A stretch of DNA of 16,288 nt from Fusobacteriota bacterium. Its GTDB lineage: Bacteria > Fusobacteriota > Fusobacteriia > Fusobacteriales > JBNJFI01. The DNA lies in contig JBNJFI010000012.1 in assembly GCA_051746725.1 (NCBI GenBank), positions 1 to 16,288 on the forward strand. The letters run 5' to 3'. Both the position numbers and the translations under genes were made by a program. Below are positions 8,844 through 16,288 of this stretch, one piece after another (position 1 is the first letter of the stretch; each line of letters starts with the position of its first letter). The notes under the pieces are model-generated. The model saw only the letters and a list, made by a program, of their open reading frames with translations, did not search any database and had not been told where the DNA came from.

Positions 8844-8970
8844 TGTTGTAACAGTAAAAATTTTAAAAATCATAGAAATATTTAGATAAACTAAAAAAGT
8901 AAGAAAAAGTAATTAACTAAGATGCATTTTAAAAAAGAATACTTACAGATAAATTAAAATAGATAAATAG

Positions 8971-8999
8971 TTGAAAAAAACAAAGCAAACTGTTATAAT
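8971..8999 (+). promoter_or_regulatory. Sigma70/SigA-type promoter of the PPIase gene
   Basis: TTGAAA (8971-8976), 17-nt spacer, TATAAT (8994-8999), preceded by an extended -10 TG (8991-8992). Confidence 0.75.
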
Positions 9000-9035
9000 A
9001 AGGTATAAAATATATTAAATTAGGAGGGTATAATA

Positions 9036-10922
9036 GTGATAAGAAAATTGAGAAATAATATGAAACCAGTAATATGGGTAATGACAATAGCTTTTATAAT
9101 ATCAGTAATAGCTATAGCAGTAGGAAGTTTTTTAGGAAGTGGTGGAAATACTAGAACACAAGAGGCATTATTAGTAAATGAAAGAGAAGTAAAACAGATA
9201 GAAATAGAAAGGACATTTGTAAGAACAATTAGTCAATACAGAAACTATTATAAAGATAAAACAGATACAGACTTTGTAAAGTTAATGGCATTTAATGAAC
9301 TTGTTAAAAAAGAAGTTATGTTAGACGAAGCAGATAAGAGACATTTAGGTGTTTCTAAAAAAGAAAAAAATGAGGAATATGATAAAGTAACTCAGAACTT
9401 TAGTGATAAAGAACAGTTGCGAAGAGCTTTAAGAGGTCAAGGTATGACAATCTCGGACTTAGAAGATGAGATAGAAGAAAGTTTAATCGTTGAAAAATTA
9501 CAAGAGGCAGTTAAATCTGAATATGAGGCTGAATTAGAAGTAACAGAAGATGAAATAAAAACATATTTTAATGAAAATAAATATTCTAAGTATTCTGAAA
9601 AAAAATATGAAGATGTAAAAGAAGATATAAAATCAGAGCTGACAGAAGAAAAAGTTAATAAAAGATATAATGGTTGGGTGGAAAATAAAGTTAATGAAGC
9701 TGATATAGAATTCAAAAAAGCTCAATATAAGGAATATTTAAAGAAAGATGTATTAAAAGTCTCAAATTATAATATAGATAATTTAGAATTTTATGGGATG
9801 GCTTTTCAAAATACTTTGTATGGAGCTAAAGATGAAAAAGATGCTTATCAAAAAAGTATAGATAGATTTAAAGAACAAGTTGCCCTTGTAAAAGAGGCTC
9901 TAAGCAGAGGTTTAAAAGCTGAAGAGGGTTATACTCAAAGTGATAAATTTGTTCAATTACAAGATAAATTACGAAGAGATATAAAAGAAAAATATAAATA
10001 TTCTGAAAAAGAATTAAAAGAGTATTTTGAAGAAAACAAATCAAAATATGAGACTAAAGAAAAAGTAAATATCAATGTTATAAAAATTGGAATGACACCC
10101 TCTGAAGAAGATATAAATGAAATAAAATCTCAAGGAGAAAAAATAATAGAAGAAGCTAAAGAAGGAGATTTTTCTAAGTTAGCTGAAGAATATTCTGATG
10201 GGCCTTCTGCAAGTAATGGTGGAGATCTTGGATGGTTTGGAAAAGGAAGAATGGTTCCAGAGTTTGAAGAAGTAGCTTTTGATACTCCAAAGGGAGAAGT
10301 AGCACCAGAGTTAGTGAAAACACAATTTGGATACCATATAATAAAAGTTGAAGATAAGAGAAGTGAAGAGGGCGAAGAAGAAATAAAAGCAAGTCATATT
10401 TTATTAGACCCTAAGATAAGTGATGAGACAAAGGAGATATTATTAGCAAAAGCTAGAGAAGGATTAAAAAGATTGGAAGAAGAAGAATTTGAAGAAGTAG
10501 CAAAAGATCTTTCAGATGTAGATAAATTTGAATTCAATGAAGTGACTAAAACATCACCAATAAAAGAGTTAGGTCAAGATCCAGAATTATCTGAAAAGAT
10601 TTTTGAAATAGAAGAAGATGAAACACAATTAGTTGAAACAGACAAGGGGTATTATATAATTAGAGTTAATAACCATACTCCATTTGAAGCAGCTGATTTT
10701 GAGAAATCAGAAGATAAGATTAGATATGATTTTTTAAATGAAAAAGCCAGAGCTAAGATAAATGACTTCCGAAAAGAGTTATCAGAAGACATTGAGGTAG
10801 AAATATTAGATGAAGATATCAAAAAAGTCTTAAATGAGATAGAAGAAGATGAAGCAGTTATAAAACCTACAGAAGAAGAAATGGATAGTGAAACTTCTCA
10901 AGGTATAAAAATAGAAAATTAA
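9036..10922 (+). CDS. Membrane-anchored SurA/PpiD-like chaperone, parvulin-type peptidyl-prolyl cis-trans isomerase
   Basis: N-terminal basic stretch plus TM helix, SurA N-terminal-like helical domain, rotamase motifs [37 protein letters not shown] and [11 protein letters not shown], then ASHILL. GTG start with RBS GGAGG. Confidence 0.9.
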   Translation: MIRKLRNNMKPVIWVMTIAFIISVIAIAVGSFLGSGGNTRTQEALLVNEREVKQIEIERTFVRTISQYRNYYKDKTDTDFVKLMAFNELVKKEVMLDEADKRHLGVSKKEKNEEYDKVTQNFSDKEQLRRALRGQGMTISDLEDEIEESLIVEKLQEAVKSEYEAELEVTEDEIKTYFNENKYSKYSEKKYEDVKEDIKSELTEEKVNKRYNGWVENKVNEADIEFKKAQYKEYLKKDVLKVSNYNIDNLEFYGMAFQNTLYGAKDEKDAYQKSIDRFKEQVALVKEALSRGLKAEEGYTQSDKFVQLQDKLRRDIKEKYKYSEKELKEYFEENKSKYETKEKVNINVIKIGMTPSEEDINEIKSQGEKIIEEAKEGDFSKLAEEYSDGPSASNGGDLGWFGKGRMVPEFEEVAFDTPKGEVAPELVKTQFGYHIIKVEDKRSEEGEEEIKASHILLDPKISDETKEILLAKAREGLKRLEEEEFEEVAKDLSDVDKFEFNEVTKTSPIKELGQDPELSEKIFEIEEDETQLVETDKGYYIIRVNNHTPFEAADFEKSEDKIRYDFLNEKARAKINDFRKELSEDIEVEILDEDIKKVLNEIEEDEAVIKPTEEEMDSETSQGIKIEN

Positions 10923-10948
10923 TAAGAATTAAAAAATAATAAATAAAT

Positions 10949-10984
10949 AAAAGGAGATTGGATTTTATCTGGTCTCCTTTTGTT
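10949..10984 (+). terminator. Intrinsic terminator after the PPIase gene
   Basis: AAAAGGAGATTGGAT-TTT-ATCTGGTCTCCTTTT: 15-bp stem with three G-U pairs (these pair only on the + strand RNA) and a T-rich tail. Confidence 0.82.
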
Positions 10985-10991
10985 ATTATAA

Positions 10992-11020
10992 TTGAAATCT
11001 ATTAATTCGTGTGGTATAAT
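10992..11020 (+). promoter_or_regulatory. Sigma70/SigA-type promoter of tsaD (and probably the pilus genes)
   Basis: TTGAAA (10992-10997), 17-nt spacer, TATAAT (11015-11020), with extended -10 TG at 11012-11013. Confidence 0.78.
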
Positions 11021-11052
11021 TAAAGAAATATAAAAATATAAAGGAGAAATAG

Positions 11053-12063
11053 ATGAAAATTTTAGCAATAGAAACATCATGCGATGAAACATCAATAGCA
11101 GTAGTAGAGGATGGCAAAAAAGTCTTATCAAATATAATATCATCACAAGTGGAAATACATAGAGAATATGGAGGAGTAGTACCTGAAATAGCTTCCCGTC
11201 ACCATATAAAAAATATTATGCCAATTTTAGAAGAATCTTTATCTGATGCAAAGCTAACATTAGAAGATATGGATTATATAGCAGTAACATATGCTCCAGG
11301 ACTCATAGGAGCATTATTAGTAGGAATATCAGTTGCCAAATCATTGAGTTATGGAAGTGATATACCTCTTATTCCCGTTCATCATTTAAGAGGACATATA
11401 TATTCAAATTTCATAGAAAATGATGTAGATTTACCTGCTTTAGCGCTAGTTGTTTCAGGAGGACATACAAATATTGTAAAAATAGATGAGAAGTATAACT
11501 TTTATAATATAGGTGAAACATTGGATGATGCAGTAGGAGAGGCTTTTGATAAAGTAGGTAGAGTTTTGGGATTGCCTTATCCAGGAGGGCCTATAATTGA
11601 TAAATTATATTATGATGGAGATCCATTTTCTATAGACATAACTAAACCAAAAGTTGACGGAAAATATGATTTTAGCTTTAGTGGGGTTAAGACAAATATA
11701 ATTAATTATGTAAATACCATGAAAATGAAAAAAGAAGAATTCAAAAAAGAAGATCTAGCAGCATCTTTTCAAAGAACAGTTGTAGAAATATTAACAGAAA
11801 AAATAGATTTAGCGGCTAAAGATATGGAAATAAATAATATATTATTAGCAGGTGGAGTTGCAGCTAACTCTTTTTTGAGAAGTAAAATGAAAGAGTTATC
11901 CAAGAAGAGAGGATATAAATTATCTTATCCATCTCTAAAATTATGTACAGATAATGCAGCTATGATAGGTACAGCTGCATATTACAAAATAAAATATCAT
12001 GGGATAGGGGATTTGAATAATATAAATTTAAATGGAGTTCCTAACTTAAGTATCGAAAATTAA
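11053..12063 (+). CDS. tsaD: tRNA N6-adenosine(37) threonylcarbamoyltransferase subunit TsaD
   Basis: ILAIETSCDETS, GGVVPEIASRHH, PGLIGALLVG, HHLRGH metal site, VSGGHT, DDAVGEAFDK, FSFSG, AGGVAAN, CTDNAAMI. Confidence 0.98.
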   Translation: MKILAIETSCDETSIAVVEDGKKVLSNIISSQVEIHREYGGVVPEIASRHHIKNIMPILEESLSDAKLTLEDMDYIAVTYAPGLIGALLVGISVAKSLSYGSDIPLIPVHHLRGHIYSNFIENDVDLPALALVVSGGHTNIVKIDEKYNFYNIGETLDDAVGEAFDKVGRVLGLPYPGGPIIDKLYYDGDPFSIDITKPKVDGKYDFSFSGVKTNIINYVNTMKMKKEEFKKEDLAASFQRTVVEILTEKIDLAAKDMEINNILLAGGVAANSFLRSKMKELSKKRGYKLSYPSLKLCTDNAAMIGTAAYYKIKYHGIGDLNNINLNGVPNLSIEN

Positions 12064-12095
12064 ATTAGAAAACAAGGGGAATTAAGGAGGTATAA

Positions 12096-12599
12096 ATGGA
12101 AAAAGGATTTTCTTTAATAGAGATTTTAATAGCAATAGTAATATTGTCTTTAGGGATTTTTCCATTTATGGATGTTATAAATCAGAGTACCAAAAGTACA
12201 GTAGATGGAAAAAGAAGATTCATTGCAAGTCATTACTCAAGGGAGTTAATTCAAGAAATAAAACTAAAAAGATTTGATGAAGAAAAAAATAATCCTGGAT
12301 CTTGGTCAGATATAGGCTCAGATACAGGAGAAAGCACTGCTAATGGAAGACTAGAGGACTGGAATGATATAGATGATTATCATGGGTATACAGAAAAGAA
12401 TACAGGAATTCTAGATATAAACGAAGATATATATGATGAAAATTATTATAGAAAAGTTTGGGTTTATTATGTAGATGATGATACATTGGAAGAATTAGAA
12501 AGCGGAAAGAGTAATACCAAAAAAGTTATTGTAAGATGCTTTTCTTCTGATAATAATGAAGAATATTCTGAAATTATATGGTATATTAAGCAGGAATAA
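12096..12599 (+). CDS. Type IV minor pilin/pseudopilin, PilV/MshD-like
   Basis: Class III signal peptide MEKG|FSLIEILIAIVIL with E5; globular domain has EI...FDE...IGSDTGE...NDIDDYHG. RBS AGGAGG. Confidence 0.85.
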   Translation: MEKGFSLIEILIAIVILSLGIFPFMDVINQSTKSTVDGKRRFIASHYSRELIQEIKLKRFDEEKNNPGSWSDIGSDTGESTANGRLEDWNDIDDYHGYTEKNTGILDINEDIYDENYYRKVWVYYVDDDTLEELESGKSNTKKVIVRCFSSDNNEEYSEIIWYIKQE

Positions 12600-12611
12600 A
12601 AAGGGGGTATA

Positions 12612-13262
12612 ATGCAAAAAAGAGGTTTTACTCTAATTGAATTGATGATAGTGGTTTCAATAATGGGACTTGTTATGACAGGGCTATCTCAGATAATTAA
12701 ATTATCTAGTCAAGCTTATAGTATAAATATAGAGTTAAATGACGCAATGAGTAGAATAAATCCTGTTTTAAATAGGTTACAAAAAAGGATGACAGAAGCA
12801 AATTTTGAATCACCTCCTTTTAAAAGTCCAGAAATTTTAGATATATATTCAGATTCGGAAGAATTAGGAATAAAGCTACAAGTACCATTTGACATTAATA
12901 ATTCTGGTGATTCTACAGATGATATATATTGGTATTGGTGGAATAAAGAAGATAAAAACTTATATAGAAGTGAAAGTGATAATTCAAATGATAATCCAAG
13001 TTTAGCAGATGGAAATCAAGACATACCTCTTTTTAGAAGTAAAAATGAGTTATGGGAAAATGGTACTGTTAGCATAGAAAATTTTTCTTTTGAATTTTAT
13101 GAAGTTAATTCTCAAGATCAAACCCTTTTATTAGAAGGTTCAATTAATGAAAATAAAATAAATTATATAAGAATCAAAATAAGTATTATTGGAGAAGTAA
13201 CAGATTTTGGAGAACCAACTACATTGAAATTTTCAACTGGATTCAGAGTTAATGAAAACTAA
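12612..13262 (+). CDS. Type IV minor pilin/pseudopilin, PilW/GspJ/MshO-like
   Basis: Class III signal peptide MQKRG|FTLIELMIVVSIMG with E5; long amphipathic helix then beta-rich domain; second gene of the trio. Confidence 0.85.
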   Translation: MQKRGFTLIELMIVVSIMGLVMTGLSQIIKLSSQAYSINIELNDAMSRINPVLNRLQKRMTEANFESPPFKSPEILDIYSDSEELGIKLQVPFDINNSGDSTDDIYWYWWNKEDKNLYRSESDNSNDNPSLADGNQDIPLFRSKNELWENGTVSIENFSFEFYEVNSQDQTLLLEGSINENKINYIRIKISIIGEVTDFGEPTTLKFSTGFRVNEN

Positions 13263-13286
13263 TTAGAACAAAAAAGGGGGAGAAGA

Positions 13287-13790
13287 ATGAAAGCAGATGA
13301 AAAGGGAGTAGTTCTTATTTCGATTATTTTTTTTATGGTTATTTTAATTTTAATAGGAATAGGCATATCTACTATATCTAATAGAGGATTAGAAGATAGT
13401 GCTATAACTAGAGATGTATTTAAACATGAAGAGTTATCAGATGGATTAATGAATATAGAAGTTGAAGATATAAATAATGAGAATTATTCAAAGTCTGAAT
13501 TACATATGATTATAAATGATAAACCTAAAAATTTTAATTTTGAGGTTAACAATGATCTACATGAGTCGATAATAGTTATAACTTCTAGAGAAGATGGAGC
13601 GGATTGGGAACTTGATTATTTGAAAAAACAGGATAATACCGCGGTTAGCTTAAATGAAACCACTGAAAGTGCTATTGGATATAGGGAATATGAGATATTA
13701 GAAGATCTGATACAAGGAGAAAAATATAAGATAAAAGTCAAAGATGGATCAGGTGAGTATATAATTTATATAAAGGGATTTTATGATTAG
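13287..13790 (+). CDS. Atypical minor pilin, PilX/GspK/MshP-like
   Basis: DEKG|VVLISIIFFMVILILIGIGI: prepilin-like cleavage site and hydrophobic helix without Glu at +5; third gene of the trio. Confidence 0.72.
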   Translation: MKADEKGVVLISIIFFMVILILIGIGISTISNRGLEDSAITRDVFKHEELSDGLMNIEVEDINNENYSKSELHMIINDKPKNFNFEVNNDLHESIIVITSREDGADWELDYLKKQDNTAVSLNETTESAIGYREYEILEDLIQGEKYKIKVKDGSGEYIIYIKGFYD

Positions 13791-13798
13791 GAGGAAGT

Positions 13799-15376
13799 AT
13801 GTTTGGCAAAAAAGATAGAATACTAAGTATAAAAATAGGCGAAAAATATATTAAATTTATCTTAGTTGAAAAGAAAAATAACCAAAGGATTATAAAAAAC
13901 AATCTAAATGTTGAGATGGATCCTGAAATATTAGAAAATACCGAAAAAACATATGCCAAAATCAAAGAGATAATAAAAGAAAACAGCTGGGAAAAAGTAA
14001 CAAAAAATTTATTATATAACTCTCCATCTATTGTAATAAGGGATTTAGAAGTTCCGATAATTCCTAAAAATGAGTTGCGGCCAGTTATAGAAAGAGAAGT
14101 AGAAGACATATATGGAGATATTTCAGATAAAAAATTGGTATATGAGATAATAGGAAAAGTTCAAAAAGGGAATAGTAAAGTATATCAACTCTTTTTTGCT
14201 CTGATAGATAAATCAGATATAGATGAGATAGAAAAACAAAAATTTAATCTGAAAAGTATAGACTTAGAGATATTTGCAGATAACCGAATTTTTAGTAATT
14301 CTATATCTGAAGAAAAAAACACTTTGATCTTAGATATGACTAGAGAGAAAACCACTGTTTTTATATATAGAGGAAAGCATCTTAAAATATATAGAGAATT
14401 AAACATAGGTGGGCAAGTTATTGATAAGAAGATAAGTAATAGTTTAAATATATCAGAAGAGGAAGCCGAAGAAATAAAAATAGAATATGGATTTGTAGAT
14501 CAAAAAAGGGCTAGAGAATTAATGAATGAGGGGCAAAAGATAGGGATTCCTCTTAATATGGTTTATCAAGATATAACTGAACAGTGGAATAGAAAAATAG
14601 AAACATCCATAGAATACTTCAAAAATAATAATCAAGGTGAAGGTGTAGATGAATTTTATATTACTGGAAAGGTTTCTGATTTAAAAGGGATAAAACAGTT
14701 TTTAAAAGATAAATGGGAAATAGAAATAAAAGATTTTTTAGCAGATAATCTATTTAAAGATGAAACTTCAGATGAAAACAAAATTGATTTTAAACGAAAT
14801 ATTGCTCCTTTAGGGGCAACTTTATTAGATGAACCAATTATAGATTTAAAGGAAGAAAAAAATGAAGATGATGCCAAATATAAGTTAAAATATATTATAA
14901 TTGCAATTATAGTCATGATTATATTATTCATTGGGTATAAAAAATATAAGATTATTAAAATCCAAAGTGAAATAGAAAACTATCGAGGAAAAATTAAAAA
15001 ATTAGAAAAGCCTTTAGATGATTATAGAAAGTTAGAAGAAACGGAGTCTTTTTTGAAAAACGAAATAGAAAAATTAGAATCAATGAGCAATAAAAATGGG
15101 GATTTTGTTGATTTTTTATATTCTTTAGATGGGCTAATAAATAATAATATCCATTTTCAAAGCATAAATTATTCAAAAAATAAAGTTTTATTAAAAGGGA
15201 CTAGTATCTCTAATGGTGGATTTCCAGAGGTTGCAATAAATAATTTTCTAAGTCAATTAGATAAAAAGTATCAGAATGTAAATTTGACTAATATGACAAA
15301 ACAAGAAGAAACAGTTGTCTCTTTTGAGATAAATTTAATATTAGATGGTGGTGAGAGTAAAAATGGAAAAAATTAG
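13799..15376 (+). CDS. Fused PilM-PilN type IV pilus alignment protein (GspL/MshI-like architecture)
   Basis: About 345-aa actin-like PilM region (ILSIKIG, IVIRDLEVP, ILDMT, RELNIGG, EAEEIK, FYITG, PLGATL), then IDL linker, one TM helix (YIIIAIIVMIILFIGY), a coiled coil and a PilN-like domain (FLYSL...IHFQSI...LLKGTS...FEINL). No stop codon between the parts. Confidence 0.8.
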   Translation: MFGKKDRILSIKIGEKYIKFILVEKKNNQRIIKNNLNVEMDPEILENTEKTYAKIKEIIKENSWEKVTKNLLYNSPSIVIRDLEVPIIPKNELRPVIEREVEDIYGDISDKKLVYEIIGKVQKGNSKVYQLFFALIDKSDIDEIEKQKFNLKSIDLEIFADNRIFSNSISEEKNTLILDMTREKTTVFIYRGKHLKIYRELNIGGQVIDKKISNSLNISEEEAEEIKIEYGFVDQKRARELMNEGQKIGIPLNMVYQDITEQWNRKIETSIEYFKNNNQGEGVDEFYITGKVSDLKGIKQFLKDKWEIEIKDFLADNLFKDETSDENKIDFKRNIAPLGATLLDEPIIDLKEEKNEDDAKYKLKYIIIAIIVMIILFIGYKKYKIIKIQSEIENYRGKIKKLEKPLDDYRKLEETESFLKNEIEKLESMSNKNGDFVDFLYSLDGLINNNIHFQSINYSKNKVLLKGTSISNGGFPEVAINNFLSQLDKKYQNVNLTNMTKQEETVVSFEINLILDGGESKNGKN

Positions 15377-15911
15377 TAGGGAACAAGGAGAAAAGATAGC
15401 TCTAATTGTTATTCTCATACTTGTATCTTTAGTTATATTAAATAATCTAGTATTAAAAGATATGGATTTAGAATTAGAAAATGGTAAAAAGGAGTTACAA
15501 AATATAAGATTAAAATATGCACAAGAACTAGAAAAAGTTTCTGTTATAGAAGAAAAAAAAGAAAGTATTGAAAAAAAAGAAATAAAATATAATGATTTAC
15601 GTAGAAAGTTTGTTTTCAAAAAAGAGCAAAAAAATTTAATACGAAGTATTACTAATATATCTCAAAAGTGGGATATACAAGTTGAAAAATTAGTTTTAGA
15701 TGAAAGTAGTAGAGACGGGAAACCAATTTTTCAATTAAACATATCATTAAAGTCTAAGTATAAAAATCTGTTCAGATATTTATATGCTATTCAAAGACTA
15801 GATAAAAAACTATTTATAAATAAAGCAAGTTTTGCTAAATCAGAAAATAATGTAAGAGTCAATTTAGAAATATTCACTTATATAATAAATGAGGTGGATA
15901 ACCATGAATAA
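15363..15911 (+). CDS. PilO/GspM/MshJ-like alignment protein
   Basis: N-terminal TM helix, coiled coil, C-terminal motif ISLKSKYKNLFRYLYAIQRLDKKLFI. Start moved from 15345 to ATG 15363 because the RBS-like GGTGGTGA lies at 15347-15354; overlaps the end of pilMN. Confidence 0.78.
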   Translation: MEKISREQGEKIALIVILILVSLVILNNLVLKDMDLELENGKKELQNIRLKYAQELEKVSVIEEKKESIEKKEIKYNDLRRKFVFKKEQKNLIRSITNISQKWDIQVEKLVLDESSRDGKPIFQLNISLKSKYKNLFRYLYAIQRLDKKLFINKASFAKSENNVRVNLEIFTYIINEVDNHE

Positions 15912-16288
15912 AAACCAACTAAAAAAAGTAATTGAAATATTAATTATAATTCTAATTTTTATCTTTGCTGGTTATAATCTGTATAATAAGTTATCCAAAA
16001 AAGATTCAGAAAATTCTAAAAATGTGAATAAAAATTCCATAAATAAAAAAGAAAATAAAGAAAAAGAAATTAATCAAGAAATTAAAAAAGAAGTTAAAAA
16101 CGATATAAAAAAAGATGAAGAAAAAAATGAAGAAAAAATAAAAAAAAAGGTTTTAGAAATTGAAAGAGATATTTTTGAACCAATGATTGTAAGTGAAAAA
16201 ACTCCAAATAACCCCCAAGAGAATCAAGTAAAGGCGGATAAAGTATATAGTAAATTAAGTATTAACGGAGTAGTTAAAACAAATAAAA
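15904..16288 (+). CDS. PilP/GspC/MshK-like protein, 3'-truncated by the window edge
   Basis: Not in the ORF track (no stop in window). ATG 15904 overlaps the pilO end, RBS GAGGTG. Manual translation: MNKNQLKKVIEILIIILIFIFAGYNLY, a K/E/N-rich linker, then RDIFEP...KLSINGVVKT, resembling the RDPF-x-P and L-x-L-x-G-I motifs of this family. Confidence 0.68.
   Translation, partial: MNKNQLKKVIEILIIILIFIFAGYNLYNKLSKKDSENSKNVNKNSINKKENKEKEINQEIKKEVKNDIKKDEEKNEEKIKKKVLEIERDIFEPMIVSEKTPNNPQENQVKADKVYSKLSINGVVKTNK

Noticed and set aside
15345..15362. ORF-track start for the PilO-like gene at ATG 15345
   Set aside because: No RBS precedes it; the RBS-like GGTGGTGA suits ATG 15363.
2423..15619. All minus-strand ORFs in the supplied track (60-177 aa)
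   Set aside because: They lie antisense to well-supported + strand genes or across terminators, show the F/S/I/L-rich composition expected from the reverse complement of A-rich codons, and have no recognisable motifs.
15553..16148. A8-A9 homopolymer runs in the pilO- and pilP-like genes as phase-variation tracts
   Set aside because: Frames are intact, and such runs are expected from Lys/Glu codons in very A-rich coding strands.

Overview
AT-rich bacterial chromosomal window with all credible genes on the + strand. The lineage is not provable from sequence alone; the PPIase N-terminus and codon style suggest a low-GC anaerobe, tentatively Fusobacteriota-like. Left block (1-8843): a beta-1,3-glucan (laminarin-type) cluster with a GH16 that runs off the left edge and two GH17s lacking signal peptides, followed by two methyl-accepting chemotaxis proteins flanking an aldo/keto reductase and closed by a hairpin terminator. 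A 621-bp non-coding gap between the GH17 genes holds an inverted pair of REP-like GC-rich hairpins, heptamer tandem repeats and long-range inverted repeats. Middle: a SurA/PpiD-like parvulin PPIase with its own promoter and terminator. Right block (10992-end): a sigma70 promoter, tsaD, then a type IV filament operon with three minor pilins (PilV/MshD-, PilW/MshO-, PilX/MshP-like), a fused PilM-PilN with degenerate nucleotide-binding motifs, PilO, and a PilP/MshK-like gene (absent from the ORF track) running off the right edge. No rRNA, tRNA, CRISPR array or transposase was seen. All family calls come from motif recognition, not database searches.
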